A stretch of 64,000 nucleotides of DNA, taken from NCBI GenBank assembly GCA_963662465.1, contig OY759599.1:4320001-4384000 (forward strand). Reading direction: 5' to 3'. The notes below the pieces were generated by a model that had not been told where the DNA came from, searched no databases, and worked only from the letters and a program-made list of their open reading frames with translations. Origin of the DNA: Desulfatiglandales bacterium. Its GTDB lineage: Bacteria > Desulfobacterota > DSM-4660 > Desulfatiglandales > Desulfatiglandaceae. Shown one piece after another: positions 1 through 10,354 of this stretch; position 1 is the stretch's first letter, and each line of letters begins with the position of its first letter. A program made the position numbers and the translations under genes.

Positions 1-699
1 CTTTTTCCGCGTGGTCTGATAAGCCTGTTGGAGAAAACGCCGGCCATCCCGCATCCCTTCCACGTACATGAGAATAGCCCGGGTGTTGGGATCTTCCTGG
101 AAAAAGGCCAGATACTCGTGGAACTTGAGGTCCGCCTCGTTCCCGATACCCACATAATAGGAAAATCCCTGCCGGCTCTTGATGCCGGCTTCCGTAATGA
201 GGGTCAGGGCCATGTTGCCGCTCTGGGAAATCAAGGCAATATGGCCTTTGGGCACCCCCTTTAAGCCCACCAGGTTCATGTTGCTCGTAACGTTCATCAT
301 ACCGGAAGTATTGGGACCAATGAACCGAATGCCATGCTCATTTGCAATGGCGACAATCTCTTTTTCCAGATCCTTTCCGACTTTGCCCATCTCGCCAAAA
401 CCGCCGGCGATAATCACCGCCCCCGCCACTCCCTTTTTTCCGCAATCCTTCAGGATTCCGGGAATGGTTTTGGAGGGCGTAGTGATCAAAACCAGTTCAA
501 CGGGGCCTTCAATTTCAGAAACCAGGGTATAACATGGAAGCCCCAGAATGCTTTTTTCCTTGGGATTTACCGGATAAATCCTACCCTCGAAACCCTGGTC
601 CAAGAGGGTCTTAATGGACTGATATCCTCGTTTGGTTTCTTTTTTGGATGCTCCCACCACCGCGACGGACGTTGCGTTCAACACATGTTCCAAACCCAT
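1..699 (-). CDS. Acetate--CoA ligase (ADP-forming) family / CoA-binding protein, N-terminal part (runs off window)
   Basis: Manual minus-strand translation from ATG 699: MGLEHVLNATSVAVVGAS...YPVNP...RFIGPNTSG...ISQSGN...GIGNEAD; open to position 1. Confidence 0.85.
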   Translation of the reverse strand, partial: MGLEHVLNATSVAVVGASKKETKRGYQSIKTLLDQGFEGRIYPVNPKEKSILGLPCYTLVSEIEGPVELVLITTPSKTIPGILKDCGKKGVAGAVIIAGGFGEMGKVGKDLEKEIVAIANEHGIRFIGPNTSGMMNVTSNMNLVGLKGVPKGHIALISQSGNMALTLITEAGIKSRQGFSYYVGIGNEADLKFHEYLAFFQEDPNTRAILMYVEGMRDGRRFLQQAYQTTRKK

Positions 700-703
700 G
701 AAT

Positions 704-860
704 TTATCTCCCCTTGAATACGGGTTTACGTTTTTCCGAAAAAGAACGGATCCCTTCGTGCCAGTCCTCCGTATTCATGCAGGCCAAAATGGCCTCGGCC
801 TCCGCCGGCAATACGGTTTCCAGGTCCCGGTAAGACCCCTGACGAATCAGGGCCTTTCTC
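704..860 (-). pseudogene. C-terminal remnant of an enoyl-CoA hydratase/isomerase gene
   Basis: EAEAILACMNTEDWHEGIRSFSEKRKPVFKGR* matches the crotonase C-terminal signature; no recognisable N-terminal part; 5' limit approximate. Confidence 0.65.
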
Positions 861-1049
861 AGTCTATTTGGCCCAAATGATAGGTGGGCGATACATTTCG
901 CTTGCCAATACCCGTTTACCCTATAGAATGCAAACCGTATGGGCAAATAAAAAATGGGAGAATACCCAAAAAAAGAAATCCTCCCGATGTTCAGGAATCC
1001 TGCTCTTTATGAGACAAAGACAACGTCAATCCACAAAAAGGCGTTTTAC

Positions 1050-1793
1050 ATGACTACACAACACCTTGTTATCATCGAAGACAACACCCTAAGATACACG
1101 AATGCCGCGGCAACCCTGTTCGCTTCAAAGGCTCAGAATGCCGCCGACCGGAAAGGATTTTTCACGGTGGCCCTTTCAGGAGGCTCCACCCCGAGACCCA
1201 TGCACAGGCGCCTGGCGGAAAACCCGTTCCGATCAAACATTCCATGGGATAAGATTCACATCTTCTGGGTTGACGAACGCTGTGTTCCGGAAGATGATCC
1301 CGCCAGCAATTACGGCGCGGCCCGAAAGGACTTCATCGACCGGTTGCCCATTCCCAAAACGCACATTCACCCCATGCCGGTGAATATGCCCCCTGAAAAA
1401 GGCGCATCATGCTACCAACGGGAAATGATGGATTTTTTTGGCGCCGGTCTGGATGAAATCCCCATATTTGACCTCATTTTACTGGGTATCGGCACTGACG
1501 GTCATACGGCTTCCCTGTTTCCGGGACACAGCGCATTGCATGAGAAAAAAAAACTCATTTCAACCGTCAAAGGGGGGATGCCGAATGTAAATCGCCTGTC
1601 CATGACCTATCCAATCCTCAATCAGGCCGAAGAGATTATCATTCTGGCATCCGGAAAGGAAAAAGCCGGCATTATAGAAGCGCTGCTTGAAAAAAAACAA
1701 CGGGGTCTGCCGGCCCTGGGAATTCAACCAAAATCCGGAAAACTGACCTGGCTGCTGGACCGGGAAGCCGCGGCCCTGCTGCCGACGGACTAG
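1050..1793 (+). CDS. pgl: 6-phosphogluconolactonase
   Basis: ALSGGSTP, FWVDERCVP, LLGIGTDGHTASLFP, WLLDREAA motifs. Confidence 0.93.
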   Translation: MTTQHLVIIEDNTLRYTNAAATLFASKAQNAADRKGFFTVALSGGSTPRPMHRRLAENPFRSNIPWDKIHIFWVDERCVPEDDPASNYGAARKDFIDRLPIPKTHIHPMPVNMPPEKGASCYQREMMDFFGAGLDEIPIFDLILLGIGTDGHTASLFPGHSALHEKKKLISTVKGGMPNVNRLSMTYPILNQAEEIIILASGKEKAGIIEALLEKKQRGLPALGIQPKSGKLTWLLDREAAALLPTD

Positions 1794-1863
1794 GCATCAA
1801 GTATCAAGTTTCAGGGCTACCTCCAGCAGCGGGCCGGGGACATCGAACCCACACTTACGCGAT

Positions 1864-2610
1864 TCATGGGATCGTATCCATGGAGGCAAACGCCGGCTCG
1901 TGAAGGGGGAGCAAAATATCCGACATTTCCTTTATTTTCAGCATTATATCATATGCCTCGTATACGTTCACATGGGTTCCCGGAGGAATAACGTCCATCT
2001 CCATGGCCCTGATTTCAACAGGAGGCTCAAAGTTTTCCTTAATGACGCAAAACCCGGTAATGGCAGCCAGGCCGGACGGCGTGTCAACCATAACGGTCAT
2101 CCCTCCATCCGTATGGACAGGCGTATGCACACAGCGCAAACCAGGAAAAATTTCGGCATCTCCGTCAAGGATGTCGATCTGCCCGTTTTCTTCCACATCC
2201 TCAATATAATCTTCCACATACCGAAAATCCAGCGGGTGGGGCGCATGGATCCTTTCAAGCTCCTTACGATGCACAAAAAAACGGGCGTTAGTGCATTTAT
2301 AGTCATTCTCGCAGTGGTCATTATGCAAATGGGTGTGGATGACCACATCAATATCCTCGGGATGCAGACCCCAGCGATCCAAACCTTCCTCAAACGTGTA
2401 GATTTTCCCGCCGATGGCCTGCTCCCGGGCTTCGGATTGTATGGGCCGCAGTTCACCCGTATCCACCAGAATTTTCCGTTCTCCCCCCTCGATATACCAA
2501 CAGTAAATGGGGATGGTATATTTCACGCCTGCTCCGTATTGGTAGGTCATCATGCTCTTGTCAAACTCCTTTGTACCCATGACGATGGGATGAATTCTGT
2601 ATGTATCCAC
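1864..2610 (-). CDS. MBL-fold metallo-hydrolase (N-acyl homoserine lactonase-like)
   Basis: ILVDTG, THLHNDH (HxHxDH), TPVHTDG, LPLHE. Confidence 0.88.
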   Translation of the reverse strand: MDTYRIHPIVMGTKEFDKSMMTYQYGAGVKYTIPIYCWYIEGGERKILVDTGELRPIQSEAREQAIGGKIYTFEEGLDRWGLHPEDIDVVIHTHLHNDHCENDYKCTNARFFVHRKELERIHAPHPLDFRYVEDYIEDVEENGQIDILDGDAEIFPGLRCVHTPVHTDGGMTVMVDTPSGLAAITGFCVIKENFEPPVEIRAMEMDVIPPGTHVNVYEAYDIMLKIKEMSDILLPLHEPAFASMDTIP

Positions 2611-2826
2611 AACAAAGTCTCCTTGCTTTTAAAAGTTTTTGACTATTTCACTTTTTTGACCTACAACAGTTTCAACGCCATGTCAAACCCACTCTGCGCA
2701 TATCCATAACGCTAACGGTGAATTCCCTTCGATGTTGACGGTTTGCCCGGAACATATTAAGCTTGTTTTGCACTCGGCAAAAAAATCAGTCTCCATATTG
2801 CCAACCTAACAGGGAAAAAAGAGGCC

Positions 2827-3522
2827 TTGGAAACAACAACCGAAAAATCCACCCCATCCTTCGCCGCCACCAAAAAAGATTTCCGCGAATTCTGTCGCCT
2901 GCTTTATGACCGCCGTCTGGTGGCGGGAGTGGGCGGAAACGTAGCCGCACGTTCAGGAAACCGCATCTTCCTGACGCCTACGGGGTGTTCGCTTCGAGAG
3001 ATCAGGCCGGAGCAAATCGCCGTGGTCGACGGCGAAGGCCGTCTGCTTCAAGGGAATTCACCCACCACGGAATCCCATATCCACATAAAAACCCTCCGCG
3101 CCAGACCCGATATCAACGTGGTGGTCCATCTGCATGGCGCCCATATCATCGCCGTTTCCACCCTGCTGACGCCGGGCCCCAACGCCCTCCCACCCCTGAC
3201 GCCCGGGTTTGTTTACCACGCTTATCCGCTCCCCATGATCCCTTTCATGGTTCCGGGCTCAAAAGAACTCTCTTCGTCCGCATCCACGGAGTTGACCCTC
3301 AAGAAAGGTTGCGCCGTGCTTCTGCAAAACCATGGTCTGGTAACCGCCGGAAAGGATTTTTCGGAAGCGCTAAATATTGCGGAAGAGATTGATGAAGCGG
3401 CCCACGTTTACCTCCTTACCCGCGGCAGAGCAACCCAAATTTCCGACAAGGACATCGCGGAAATCAAAGCGCTTCGAACAGCCACTTCCTTTCCTCATGA
3501 AGATACATCAGGTTCTTTTTAA
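2827..3522 (+). CDS. Class II aldolase/adducin family protein
   Basis: GGNVAAR, TPTG, PTTESHIH, VVHLH, LLQNHG. Confidence 0.9.
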   Translation: METTTEKSTPSFAATKKDFREFCRLLYDRRLVAGVGGNVAARSGNRIFLTPTGCSLREIRPEQIAVVDGEGRLLQGNSPTTESHIHIKTLRARPDINVVVHLHGAHIIAVSTLLTPGPNALPPLTPGFVYHAYPLPMIPFMVPGSKELSSSASTELTLKKGCAVLLQNHGLVTAGKDFSEALNIAEEIDEAAHVYLLTRGRATQISDKDIAEIKALRTATSFPHEDTSGSF

Positions 3523-3653
3523 ACAGGTTCTTATTTGCTTTGATAAAACATGAAATCCTGATATAAAAGCCGATAATGATTAAGGCGTCGACGGCGAAAC
3601 GCCCCAATCACAGGCCATTAGAAAATGAGGGATGAAAGGAGGACAACGTTACC

Positions 3654-4154
3654 ATGGCTCAAAAAAGTGCTTTAAAGGACAAGGTTATCCTGGTGGTGGA
3701 CGATGAACCCGATGTTCTGGAAACCGTAGAGGAAGAACTTGACATGTGCCTCATCCACAAGGCAACGGATTACGATACCGCTCTCCAATACCTTCTCAGT
3801 TATACATACGACATCGTCATCCTTGATATTATGGGGGTCAACGGGTTTGAACTCTTGAAAACGGCTGTATCCAGGGAATTTCCCACCGTCATGCTAACCG
3901 CCCACGCACTTTCTCCCGAATCCCTGAAAAAGTCCATCAAACTGGGCGCTGTTTCATTTCTCCCCAAAGAAAAGATAGCGGAACTCAGTGTTTTCCTTGA
4001 AGACGTGGTGCTGGGGGAAGGCAAGCCGGTATGGGAAAAACTGTTTGATAAGCTGGGGCAATATTTCAGCAAACGTTTTGGACCGGACTGGAAAGAAAAA
4101 GACCGATTTTTCAAGGAATTTGAACAAAAACTTAAGGAAGATATGGGCGACTAA
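3654..4154 (+). CDS. Stand-alone response regulator (receiver domain plus short C-terminal extension)
   Basis: VVDDE, ILDIMG, LTAH, LPK receiver residues; AGGAGG RBS. Confidence 0.88.
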   Translation: MAQKSALKDKVILVVDDEPDVLETVEEELDMCLIHKATDYDTALQYLLSYTYDIVILDIMGVNGFELLKTAVSREFPTVMLTAHALSPESLKKSIKLGAVSFLPKEKIAELSVFLEDVVLGEGKPVWEKLFDKLGQYFSKRFGPDWKEKDRFFKEFEQKLKEDMGD

Positions 4155-4175
4155 TGTTTTGGGTAAGAGGTTGAT

Positions 4176-4754
4176 ATGGGATTTCTTTCAGGACTTCAAG
4201 AATACCTGAAGCAGACCTACAACGCGTCGGTTTTTGACCAGGCCTGTGAATCCAGACAACCATGGGAATTCCATCTTCATGGGCATCGCGTTATCCGCGC
4301 CAATATTTACAAAAATCTGGTCTACGATCTTAAGATTAAAAGCGATGACACGAAAGAAACAGTTCTATCCAAAACAGATATAAAAATGCTTTACCCATCA
4401 GAGGCTTCCGATGCAATTCGACCCCTTCTGAAAATAGACCCAAAGATTTCAAAACTGGCACTGGAACCGATTATCACGCCTGCCCTGAGGCGCCACATTA
4501 AAAACAAGTCCCTTTTCCCCCTGATGAAAGAAAGAAAAGTGGCATTCTTCACGCTGCTTGAAGGAGAAATCCTCAAGGGGCTCATTACCGGATTCAGCCG
4601 ATACGACATCATCTGCAACCTCAAGGGGGGCCTACCGGTTTTTATTCTGAGACATGCTATTTATGACCTTCGCGACAAAAAGGGCCGCAGTTTCCTGAAA
4701 TCCACCCAAGAAGCGCGCAAGGATTGGGAAAAAAGCAGTCTTTACGTCTCATAA
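4176..4754 (+). CDS. Hypothetical protein, possible tandem Hfq/Sm-like domains
   Basis: 192 aa ORF; C-half FFTLLEGEILKGLITGFSRYDI...ILRHAI resembles Hfq Sm1/Sm2. Confidence 0.6.
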   Translation: MGFLSGLQEYLKQTYNASVFDQACESRQPWEFHLHGHRVIRANIYKNLVYDLKIKSDDTKETVLSKTDIKMLYPSEASDAIRPLLKIDPKISKLALEPIITPALRRHIKNKSLFPLMKERKVAFFTLLEGEILKGLITGFSRYDIICNLKGGLPVFILRHAIYDLRDKKGRSFLKSTQEARKDWEKSSLYVS

Positions 4755-4795
4755 CCTCCGTACCGGCGCTTCTTCAGCTAAGGGAACTTCACCTT

Positions 4796-6019
4796 TCACT
4801 CACCAGCGTTAACCATGATGGCGTAATAGTTTTCTTTTTCAAAGAAAAACTGCTCCACGGCATAATTCTGACCGCCTTCAAGGTCAAGCACGACACGCGT
4901 CTTTGGCTTTTGTCCCTTATGAACCCCCACCCGAATTCGCTTCACTACGCCCGTTGTAACGGGGAGTTTTTTTCCGACTCCCGGCGCCAGCCGCACCCCA
5001 AAAAAATCGCACACGACGCGAGGGGATTCCCCCTCAATAACAACGATTTCGGGTGGATAATATCCATTGAGTTCAAAAACAATCTGCGCATGATCGGGGT
5101 CTGTCACAACCGTACGGATCCCCTGGATCACCTTTTTCGTTCCAGTTGACGAGGCTTCAGGAGATTCTTTCGAAGTAGACGGATGCGGTGCATAAAGAAG
5201 GCTGCGGTGGGCCCAACCGGATCGCCCGTCATCCATCACTACCGCGCACCAGTTTCCTTTCTGGTCTGCCACCTGAACCGTATCACCGCGGGCGACTGTA
5301 AATACGACCTTTTCCTTCACGGATGGTCCTTCACGGACATTTCCCACTTCTACGATCACCGTCAATTTTTCCCGGCCTTGCGCATTCGATCCGGATTTCG
5401 CCCCTGCCAAGCCTTCAGACGGCCTGGCCCGACTTGCTTCGGAAAGATTTGAAACTTCGGGAGGCAAGATCAATGCCGGGTTATCATTGTTCGGGTGAAG
5501 TGTTTTATCTGTGGGTTTAAAATTTTCCGCAACCAACGGCGGTTTTCCCGCGGAAGAAGATAAAGAAGTTTGAGGGACTTCACGGGGATCGGACAAAACA
5601 GGCGGTGTCGGCTCATCCGGCAATTGCAACAAAATACCCTTACCTGGAGGATCATCGGGAAGAACATCCTGCATCTGGGAAAAACCGTCATTTGAAGGGG
5701 CTTCGACATCCTGGCCCGATGTTTCCTGTAACCCGGCCTCTAACGGCGCGCCGGACTCAGCCTCCGGCTTTTCACTTTTCATCGCGACAGGATTGGAAAC
5801 GGCGTATCGTTTAAGGGGTTCTCGAATTTCCTGGTGAAAAGTGGCCGGAACAATTTGCCTTTTTTTGTCGGACGTTTTGCCTGATAGGAGTACAAATGCA
5901 ATTCCCAAAAAGACAACAACAACACAAATTGCCGCAATCAGCCATGCGACCCTGGACCCGCGACGGTCAAGAAAAAAATCCATGCCCTTGCTTCGTGAAA
6001 AAAGACGGCCCATCAGCAT
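4796..6019 (-). CDS. Membrane-anchored SH3 + AMIN domain protein
   Basis: N-terminal TM helix, Pro-rich linker, bacterial SH3 (GNVREGPS...GNW...GWAH), AMIN-like (PRVVCDF...IRVG...TRVVLDL). Confidence 0.8.
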   Translation of the reverse strand: MLMGRLFSRSKGMDFFLDRRGSRVAWLIAAICVVVVFLGIAFVLLSGKTSDKKRQIVPATFHQEIREPLKRYAVSNPVAMKSEKPEAESGAPLEAGLQETSGQDVEAPSNDGFSQMQDVLPDDPPGKGILLQLPDEPTPPVLSDPREVPQTSLSSSAGKPPLVAENFKPTDKTLHPNNDNPALILPPEVSNLSEASRARPSEGLAGAKSGSNAQGREKLTVIVEVGNVREGPSVKEKVVFTVARGDTVQVADQKGNWCAVVMDDGRSGWAHRSLLYAPHPSTSKESPEASSTGTKKVIQGIRTVVTDPDHAQIVFELNGYYPPEIVVIEGESPRVVCDFFGVRLAPGVGKKLPVTTGVVKRIRVGVHKGQKPKTRVVLDLEGGQNYAVEQFFFEKENYYAIMVNAGE

Positions 6020-6039
6020 AGCGATCTGCCTCCCGTCAT

Positions 6040-6366
6040 CTAAATTTTTTCTCTTCTTGCGCGCTCTCGGTTCTCCCTGTCCATTCCCAGGAAAAAACGG
6101 TAGGGTCCAGGGGTCCCCTGGGGAAGCAGCGCCACCCTGTCCCCCGGGCCCACAAAGTCATAGATATTGATCACCTGGCCATTCTTAAAAACCGCCTCGA
6201 CCTCTTTCGGTGGAATCGAAAGACGGCCGGCGAGATCATACGCGCTCATTCCCCCATGGGATATCTTCTCCGTCACCACATAGGGCAATCCGACCGCATC
6301 AAGATAACGACGTAAAAACCCGAATACGCGAATTTCAACGGTTTGGCCTTCGCCTTCATTGACCAT
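6040..6366 (-). CDS. MoaD/ThiS-like ubiquitin-fold protein without C-terminal GG
   Basis: VEIRVFGFL...VFKNG...GDRVALLP followed by a GTPGPYR extension. Confidence 0.75.
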   Translation of the reverse strand: MVNEGEGQTVEIRVFGFLRRYLDAVGLPYVVTEKISHGGMSAYDLAGRLSIPPKEVEAVFKNGQVINIYDFVGPGDRVALLPQGTPGPYRFFLGMDRENRERARREKI

Positions 6367-6402
6367 CTCTTGCTCACCCTCATATGGTTTCAAATTTTCT
6401 TC

Positions 6403-6642
6403 CTACCCCCCTCCCACGGGCGGAAAAAACGCCACCCGCTCATCTCCCCTCAGCACATAATCAAAAGGCGCGCTAAGTCCATTAACCATAACAATCTTGA
6501 CCATTTCTTGTGGAATTTTCAACTTTCGAAGAAGCACCGCCACGGGAATCGCTTCTTCCAGATCAAGATCAATTCCGGCGGAAGGTTCATAATCGGGATG
6601 GCATTCCCGCAATGTCGCGCTTAAGAAAACCTTCAGGGTCAT
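6403..6642 (-). CDS. MoaD/ThiS family sulfur carrier
   Basis: VMVNG...GDERVAFFPPVGGG C-terminal Gly-Gly. Confidence 0.88.
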   Translation of the reverse strand: MTLKVFLSATLRECHPDYEPSAGIDLDLEEAIPVAVLLRKLKIPQEMVKIVMVNGLSAPFDYVLRGDERVAFFPPVGGG

Positions 6643-6950
6643 ATCGCCATTCCCATAAAACATTCTTCTCAAAAAGACTGTAGCCATTAATAAGTCAACC
6701 CTAATTTTTCTAATTATCACTATATTTCAACGCCTGTCAATCTTTTCCGTAAAACGCCCCTTATGTCAATACTGACCTAAACATTTGAATTTTCTGATTA
6801 TTTTGCTTGATCTTCCGTTTTTTTGAGTGCATACTGGCAGGCATGAACTTTTTTATGGAAAAGACCCAAACAACAAAATGGGCGGCCCGCTGATGAGAAG
6901 CATCAGCAGTGGCGCAAACAAACTGAACGACCAGCATAAAGGAGGTTAGA

Positions 6951-8687
6951 ATGTTCAAAATCCTAAGGGTCAATATGACGGAACTTTCCATCGCCGGCGA
7001 AGAAATTTGCAGCGACTATCAAGGTCTGGGAGGAAGGGGCCTGACGGCGGCCGTCATTAACAAGGAAGTGGATGCCACCTGCTCTCCCATCGGTCCCAAC
7101 AACAAGCTCGTATTCGCGCCGGGGCTTCTGGGGGGCACCAATTGCGCCAATTCCGGACGCATCTCCGTAGGCGGCAAAAGCCCGCTGACCGGCGGCATCA
7201 AGGAAGCCAATTCCGGCGGACAAGCGGGAGGATATCTATCCCGGCTCGGCATTGCCGCCATCATCATCGAAGGCATGCCCAAGGAAAATAAGCTTTACAA
7301 ACTATTCATCAGTAAGGAAAAATGTGAAATTCTGGCAGCCGATGAATTAAAAGGCATGGGAAACTACACCACTGTAGAAAAGCTCAAGGATGAATACGGA
7401 CTCAAAATGGGATATGTCAGCATCGGTCCGGCAGGCGAATGGAAAATGCCCTCCGCCAGCGTCGCCTTTACGGATCGGGAACTTCGTCCCACTCGCCACG
7501 CCGGTCGCGGGGGCTTGGGCGCGGTCATGGGCGCCAAGGGTCTCAAAGCCATCATTATAGACCCCGAAGGGGGCGAGTCAGCGCCCCTGGTGGATAGCCA
7601 GGCTTTCAAGGAAGCGGCCAAACGGTTTACAAAGGCCCTGATGGATCATCCGGTAACCAGCCAGGGGTTGCCCACCTATGGCACGGACGTTTTGATCAAT
7701 GTAATCAACGAGGCCGGCGCGCTTCCCACCCGCAACTTCAGTTCCGGACGTTTCGAAGGCGCGGACAAGGTGGGCGGTGAAACCTTGAACAAGATCACGG
7801 TTGAACGAAAAGGGAATACCACCCATGGTTGCATGTCCGGTTGCGTCATCCGGTGTTCCGGCATCTATTTGGACGAAAAAAGCGAATATGTTTCAAAATG
7901 GCCGGAATACGAAACGGTGTGGGCATTCGGTCCCAATTGCGCCATCGATGACCTGGACGCCATTGCACGCATGGATCGCGCCTGCGACGACATCGGGATT
8001 GATACCATTGAAGCCGGCAATGCCGTGGCCGTAGCCATGGAAGGGGGCATCAAGGAATTCGGCGACGTAGCCGGAGCTGAAGAGCTGGTCAATGAAATCG
8101 GGAAGGGGACGCCCCTGGGCCGCATTCTGGGCGCCGGCGCCGGCGCGGTGGGAAAAGCCTTTGGCGTGAGACGGGTTCCAGTGGTTAAAAACCAGGCACT
8201 GCCGGCCTATGATCCAAGGGCCGTAAAGGGTGTGGGCGTGACCTATGCCACGTCGCCCATGGGCGCGGACCACACGGCCGGATACGCCGTCGCCACCAAC
8301 ATCATGAAAGTGGGTGGGGATGTACACCCCCTCAGAGCAAAAGGACAGGCCAAACTGTCCAGCGACCTGCAGGTGGCCACGGCCTTCATCGACACAGCCG
8401 GGCTCTGTCTTTTCGTGGCTTTTCCGGTGCTGGATATTCCCGATGCCTTCACCGCCATCGTGGATATGGTCAACGCCAAGTACGGCCTCAGTTTCACCGG
8501 CGACGATATCGGCGCACTGGGACAAAGAGTACTGAGAATGGAGGTTGATTTTAACACCCGGGCCGGATTCAGCCGGGCCGATGATCGGCTTCCGGAATTT
8601 TTCAGAACGGAAAAACTTCCGCCCCACGATATGGTATTTGATGTTTCCGACGAAGATCTGGATTCGGTTCTCGACTTCAAAATCTAA
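6951..8687 (+). CDS. aor: Aldehyde ferredoxin oxidoreductase (tungsten family)
   Basis: LGGRGL, KSPLTGGIKEANSGG, GRGGLGAVMGAKGLKA, CMSGCVIRC, PEYET, GADHTAG, DDRLPEFF. Confidence 0.95.
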   Translation: MFKILRVNMTELSIAGEEICSDYQGLGGRGLTAAVINKEVDATCSPIGPNNKLVFAPGLLGGTNCANSGRISVGGKSPLTGGIKEANSGGQAGGYLSRLGIAAIIIEGMPKENKLYKLFISKEKCEILAADELKGMGNYTTVEKLKDEYGLKMGYVSIGPAGEWKMPSASVAFTDRELRPTRHAGRGGLGAVMGAKGLKAIIIDPEGGESAPLVDSQAFKEAAKRFTKALMDHPVTSQGLPTYGTDVLINVINEAGALPTRNFSSGRFEGADKVGGETLNKITVERKGNTTHGCMSGCVIRCSGIYLDEKSEYVSKWPEYETVWAFGPNCAIDDLDAIARMDRACDDIGIDTIEAGNAVAVAMEGGIKEFGDVAGAEELVNEIGKGTPLGRILGAGAGAVGKAFGVRRVPVVKNQALPAYDPRAVKGVGVTYATSPMGADHTAGYAVATNIMKVGGDVHPLRAKGQAKLSSDLQVATAFIDTAGLCLFVAFPVLDIPDAFTAIVDMVNAKYGLSFTGDDIGALGQRVLRMEVDFNTRAGFSRADDRLPEFFRTEKLPPHDMVFDVSDEDLDSVLDFKI

Positions 8688-8704
8688 ACACCCAACCCCC
8701 CATT

Positions 8705-8736
8705 CCGCACAGGTCGAACCTTTTCGACCCGTGCGG
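8705..8736. terminator. Hairpin between convergent aor and nitroreductase genes
   Basis: CCGCACAGGTCGAA-CCTT-TTCGACCCGTGCGG stem-loop. Confidence 0.6.
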
Positions 8737-8743
8737 TTTGAAA

Positions 8744-9286
8744 TCAGAACTTGTCGTAATGGGTAAAATCGCTGAGCTCCCGCCGTTTTGGCGCGCTTGA
8801 ATCATGGCCGGGATAACCCACGGGGATCAAACTCACCAGTTCATACCCTTCCGGCACCCCCAGAACCTCTTTGGCCTTGTTGTGATCAAAAAGCCCGGCG
8901 ATTACAGACCCCAGACCCAGGTTATGGGCCGTCAGGCAAATGTTCTGGGCCGCAAGCCCAAGATCGAACATGAACCAATCCCCAAATTTGGTGGTCACCT
9001 GCCCCTTGTAAGAACCGGAACTCCCGAGCTTGCCGCACAGCACCAGGATTAAGGGCGCCTCGGTGAAATGCTTACGCACGGGATTGCTCTTGGGAACCGC
9101 TTCAGCAAGGGTTTCCTTGACGCCCGGGTCCTTCACCACAATCACTTCCCAACACTGGGTGTTGGCCCAGGACGGCGCCCACTGGACCGATTCCAGAATC
9201 TGATTGAGCAATTCATCCGGAATATCCTTGTCCTGGTATTTCCGTATGCTTCGCCTTCCCTTGATAATATCCATAAGATCTGCCAT
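8744..9286 (-). CDS. Nitroreductase family protein
   Basis: RRSIRKY, APSWANTQ, QNICLTAHNLGLGS, IPVGYP. Confidence 0.92.
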   Translation of the reverse strand: MADLMDIIKGRRSIRKYQDKDIPDELLNQILESVQWAPSWANTQCWEVIVVKDPGVKETLAEAVPKSNPVRKHFTEAPLILVLCGKLGSSGSYKGQVTTKFGDWFMFDLGLAAQNICLTAHNLGLGSVIAGLFDHNKAKEVLGVPEGYELVSLIPVGYPGHDSSAPKRRELSDFTHYDKF

Positions 9287-9637
9287 TCGGGTCTCCTCCT
9301 TATTATACGGGTGTCGCGACTTTGAAGCGTTTTTCCGCAGATAAACTTCGCCCCATAAAATATAGGAGTTGCATCAAAGGTGCAAGAAAAATAGATTTTT
9401 GCCGGAAAATCCGGGAACCCATCGGCGAAAAAGCGGTTAACGCACTTCATTTACCGACTCAAAAGAAAAAAGCCATCCGATTCCTAACTTATGGGTTTAA
9501 ATCTCCATGGGAAGGTGTTACCCTATCCTATACTAGCGATTTCCCTATCTTTGTTCTCATTAAGGACTTGATGGTCCAATAATGGCGAAACAGGGGAAAA
9601 TAATTCAACGATCAAATGCGTGATCCGGAGGCGTCCA

Positions 9638-10354
9638 ATGGAGAAACGCGGACCATTTCTTTTGTCGACCGTGTGGCTCACAGTTATCCTGGCATGCCTG
9701 ACCCTCGGTTGCAGTAACGAAGAAATCAACATGCCGGCCCAGCCGGAAACCATACAGGGGTTTGCCTTTTTCGATCTCGGCGCCAACTCTCGTTATTCAA
9801 ATGAGGTGCGCCGCAAATTGGGAGATCGCTTAGGTTCCGACGCCATCAGCCGGCAAAACGTCATCGATCTGACCCTTTACACGGATGCCTTTTTCGAAAA
9901 GCACTTTCCACAACTCAGTCGCCTGAACCAACAACTCAACTGGCCCGAAGGTCAGCGCATCGAACATAACACCACCCAACTTACATACCGCTATGCACGG
10001 TTAAAAGAAACGCCGTTTACCAAAGTGACGCTCTATTTTTCAAATGACACAGGAAAGCCCTTGTTTTTCAAAATATCCGCCGGTCCCGATGCCGCCGCGA
10101 TTGTCGAGACCCTCAAAAAGAAATATGGCGCGCCTGAACAGTTTGAATGGCAAGACAACGATGGCCGAACCATTTTCTGGAAGGACAACAAAGATCTCTT
10201 TATCGTGTCATCCACAAAAGACAGGCAGGGCAACCCGGAATATCTTTTTTGCATCTATTATGTAAACAACCTTGAAGAAATGCTGACAACGGAAAAAGCC
10301 CGACAACTGCCTGAAAAAGAAAAGATACGCGAAGCCGGAGAATCCGCTTTTTAA
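9638..10354 (+). CDS. Hypothetical lipoprotein
   Basis: Hydrophobic signal and lipobox-like TLGC. Confidence 0.7.
   Translation: MEKRGPFLLSTVWLTVILACLTLGCSNEEINMPAQPETIQGFAFFDLGANSRYSNEVRRKLGDRLGSDAISRQNVIDLTLYTDAFFEKHFPQLSRLNQQLNWPEGQRIEHNTTQLTYRYARLKETPFTKVTLYFSNDTGKPLFFKISAGPDAAAIVETLKKKYGAPEQFEWQDNDGRTIFWKDNKDLFIVSSTKDRQGNPEYLFCIYYVNNLEEMLTTEKARQLPEKEKIREAGESAF

Noticed and set aside
3575..3612. Hairpin upstream of the response regulator as a riboswitch
   Set aside because: Short stem only; no match to c-di-GMP, fluoride or other aptamer consensus that I can recognise
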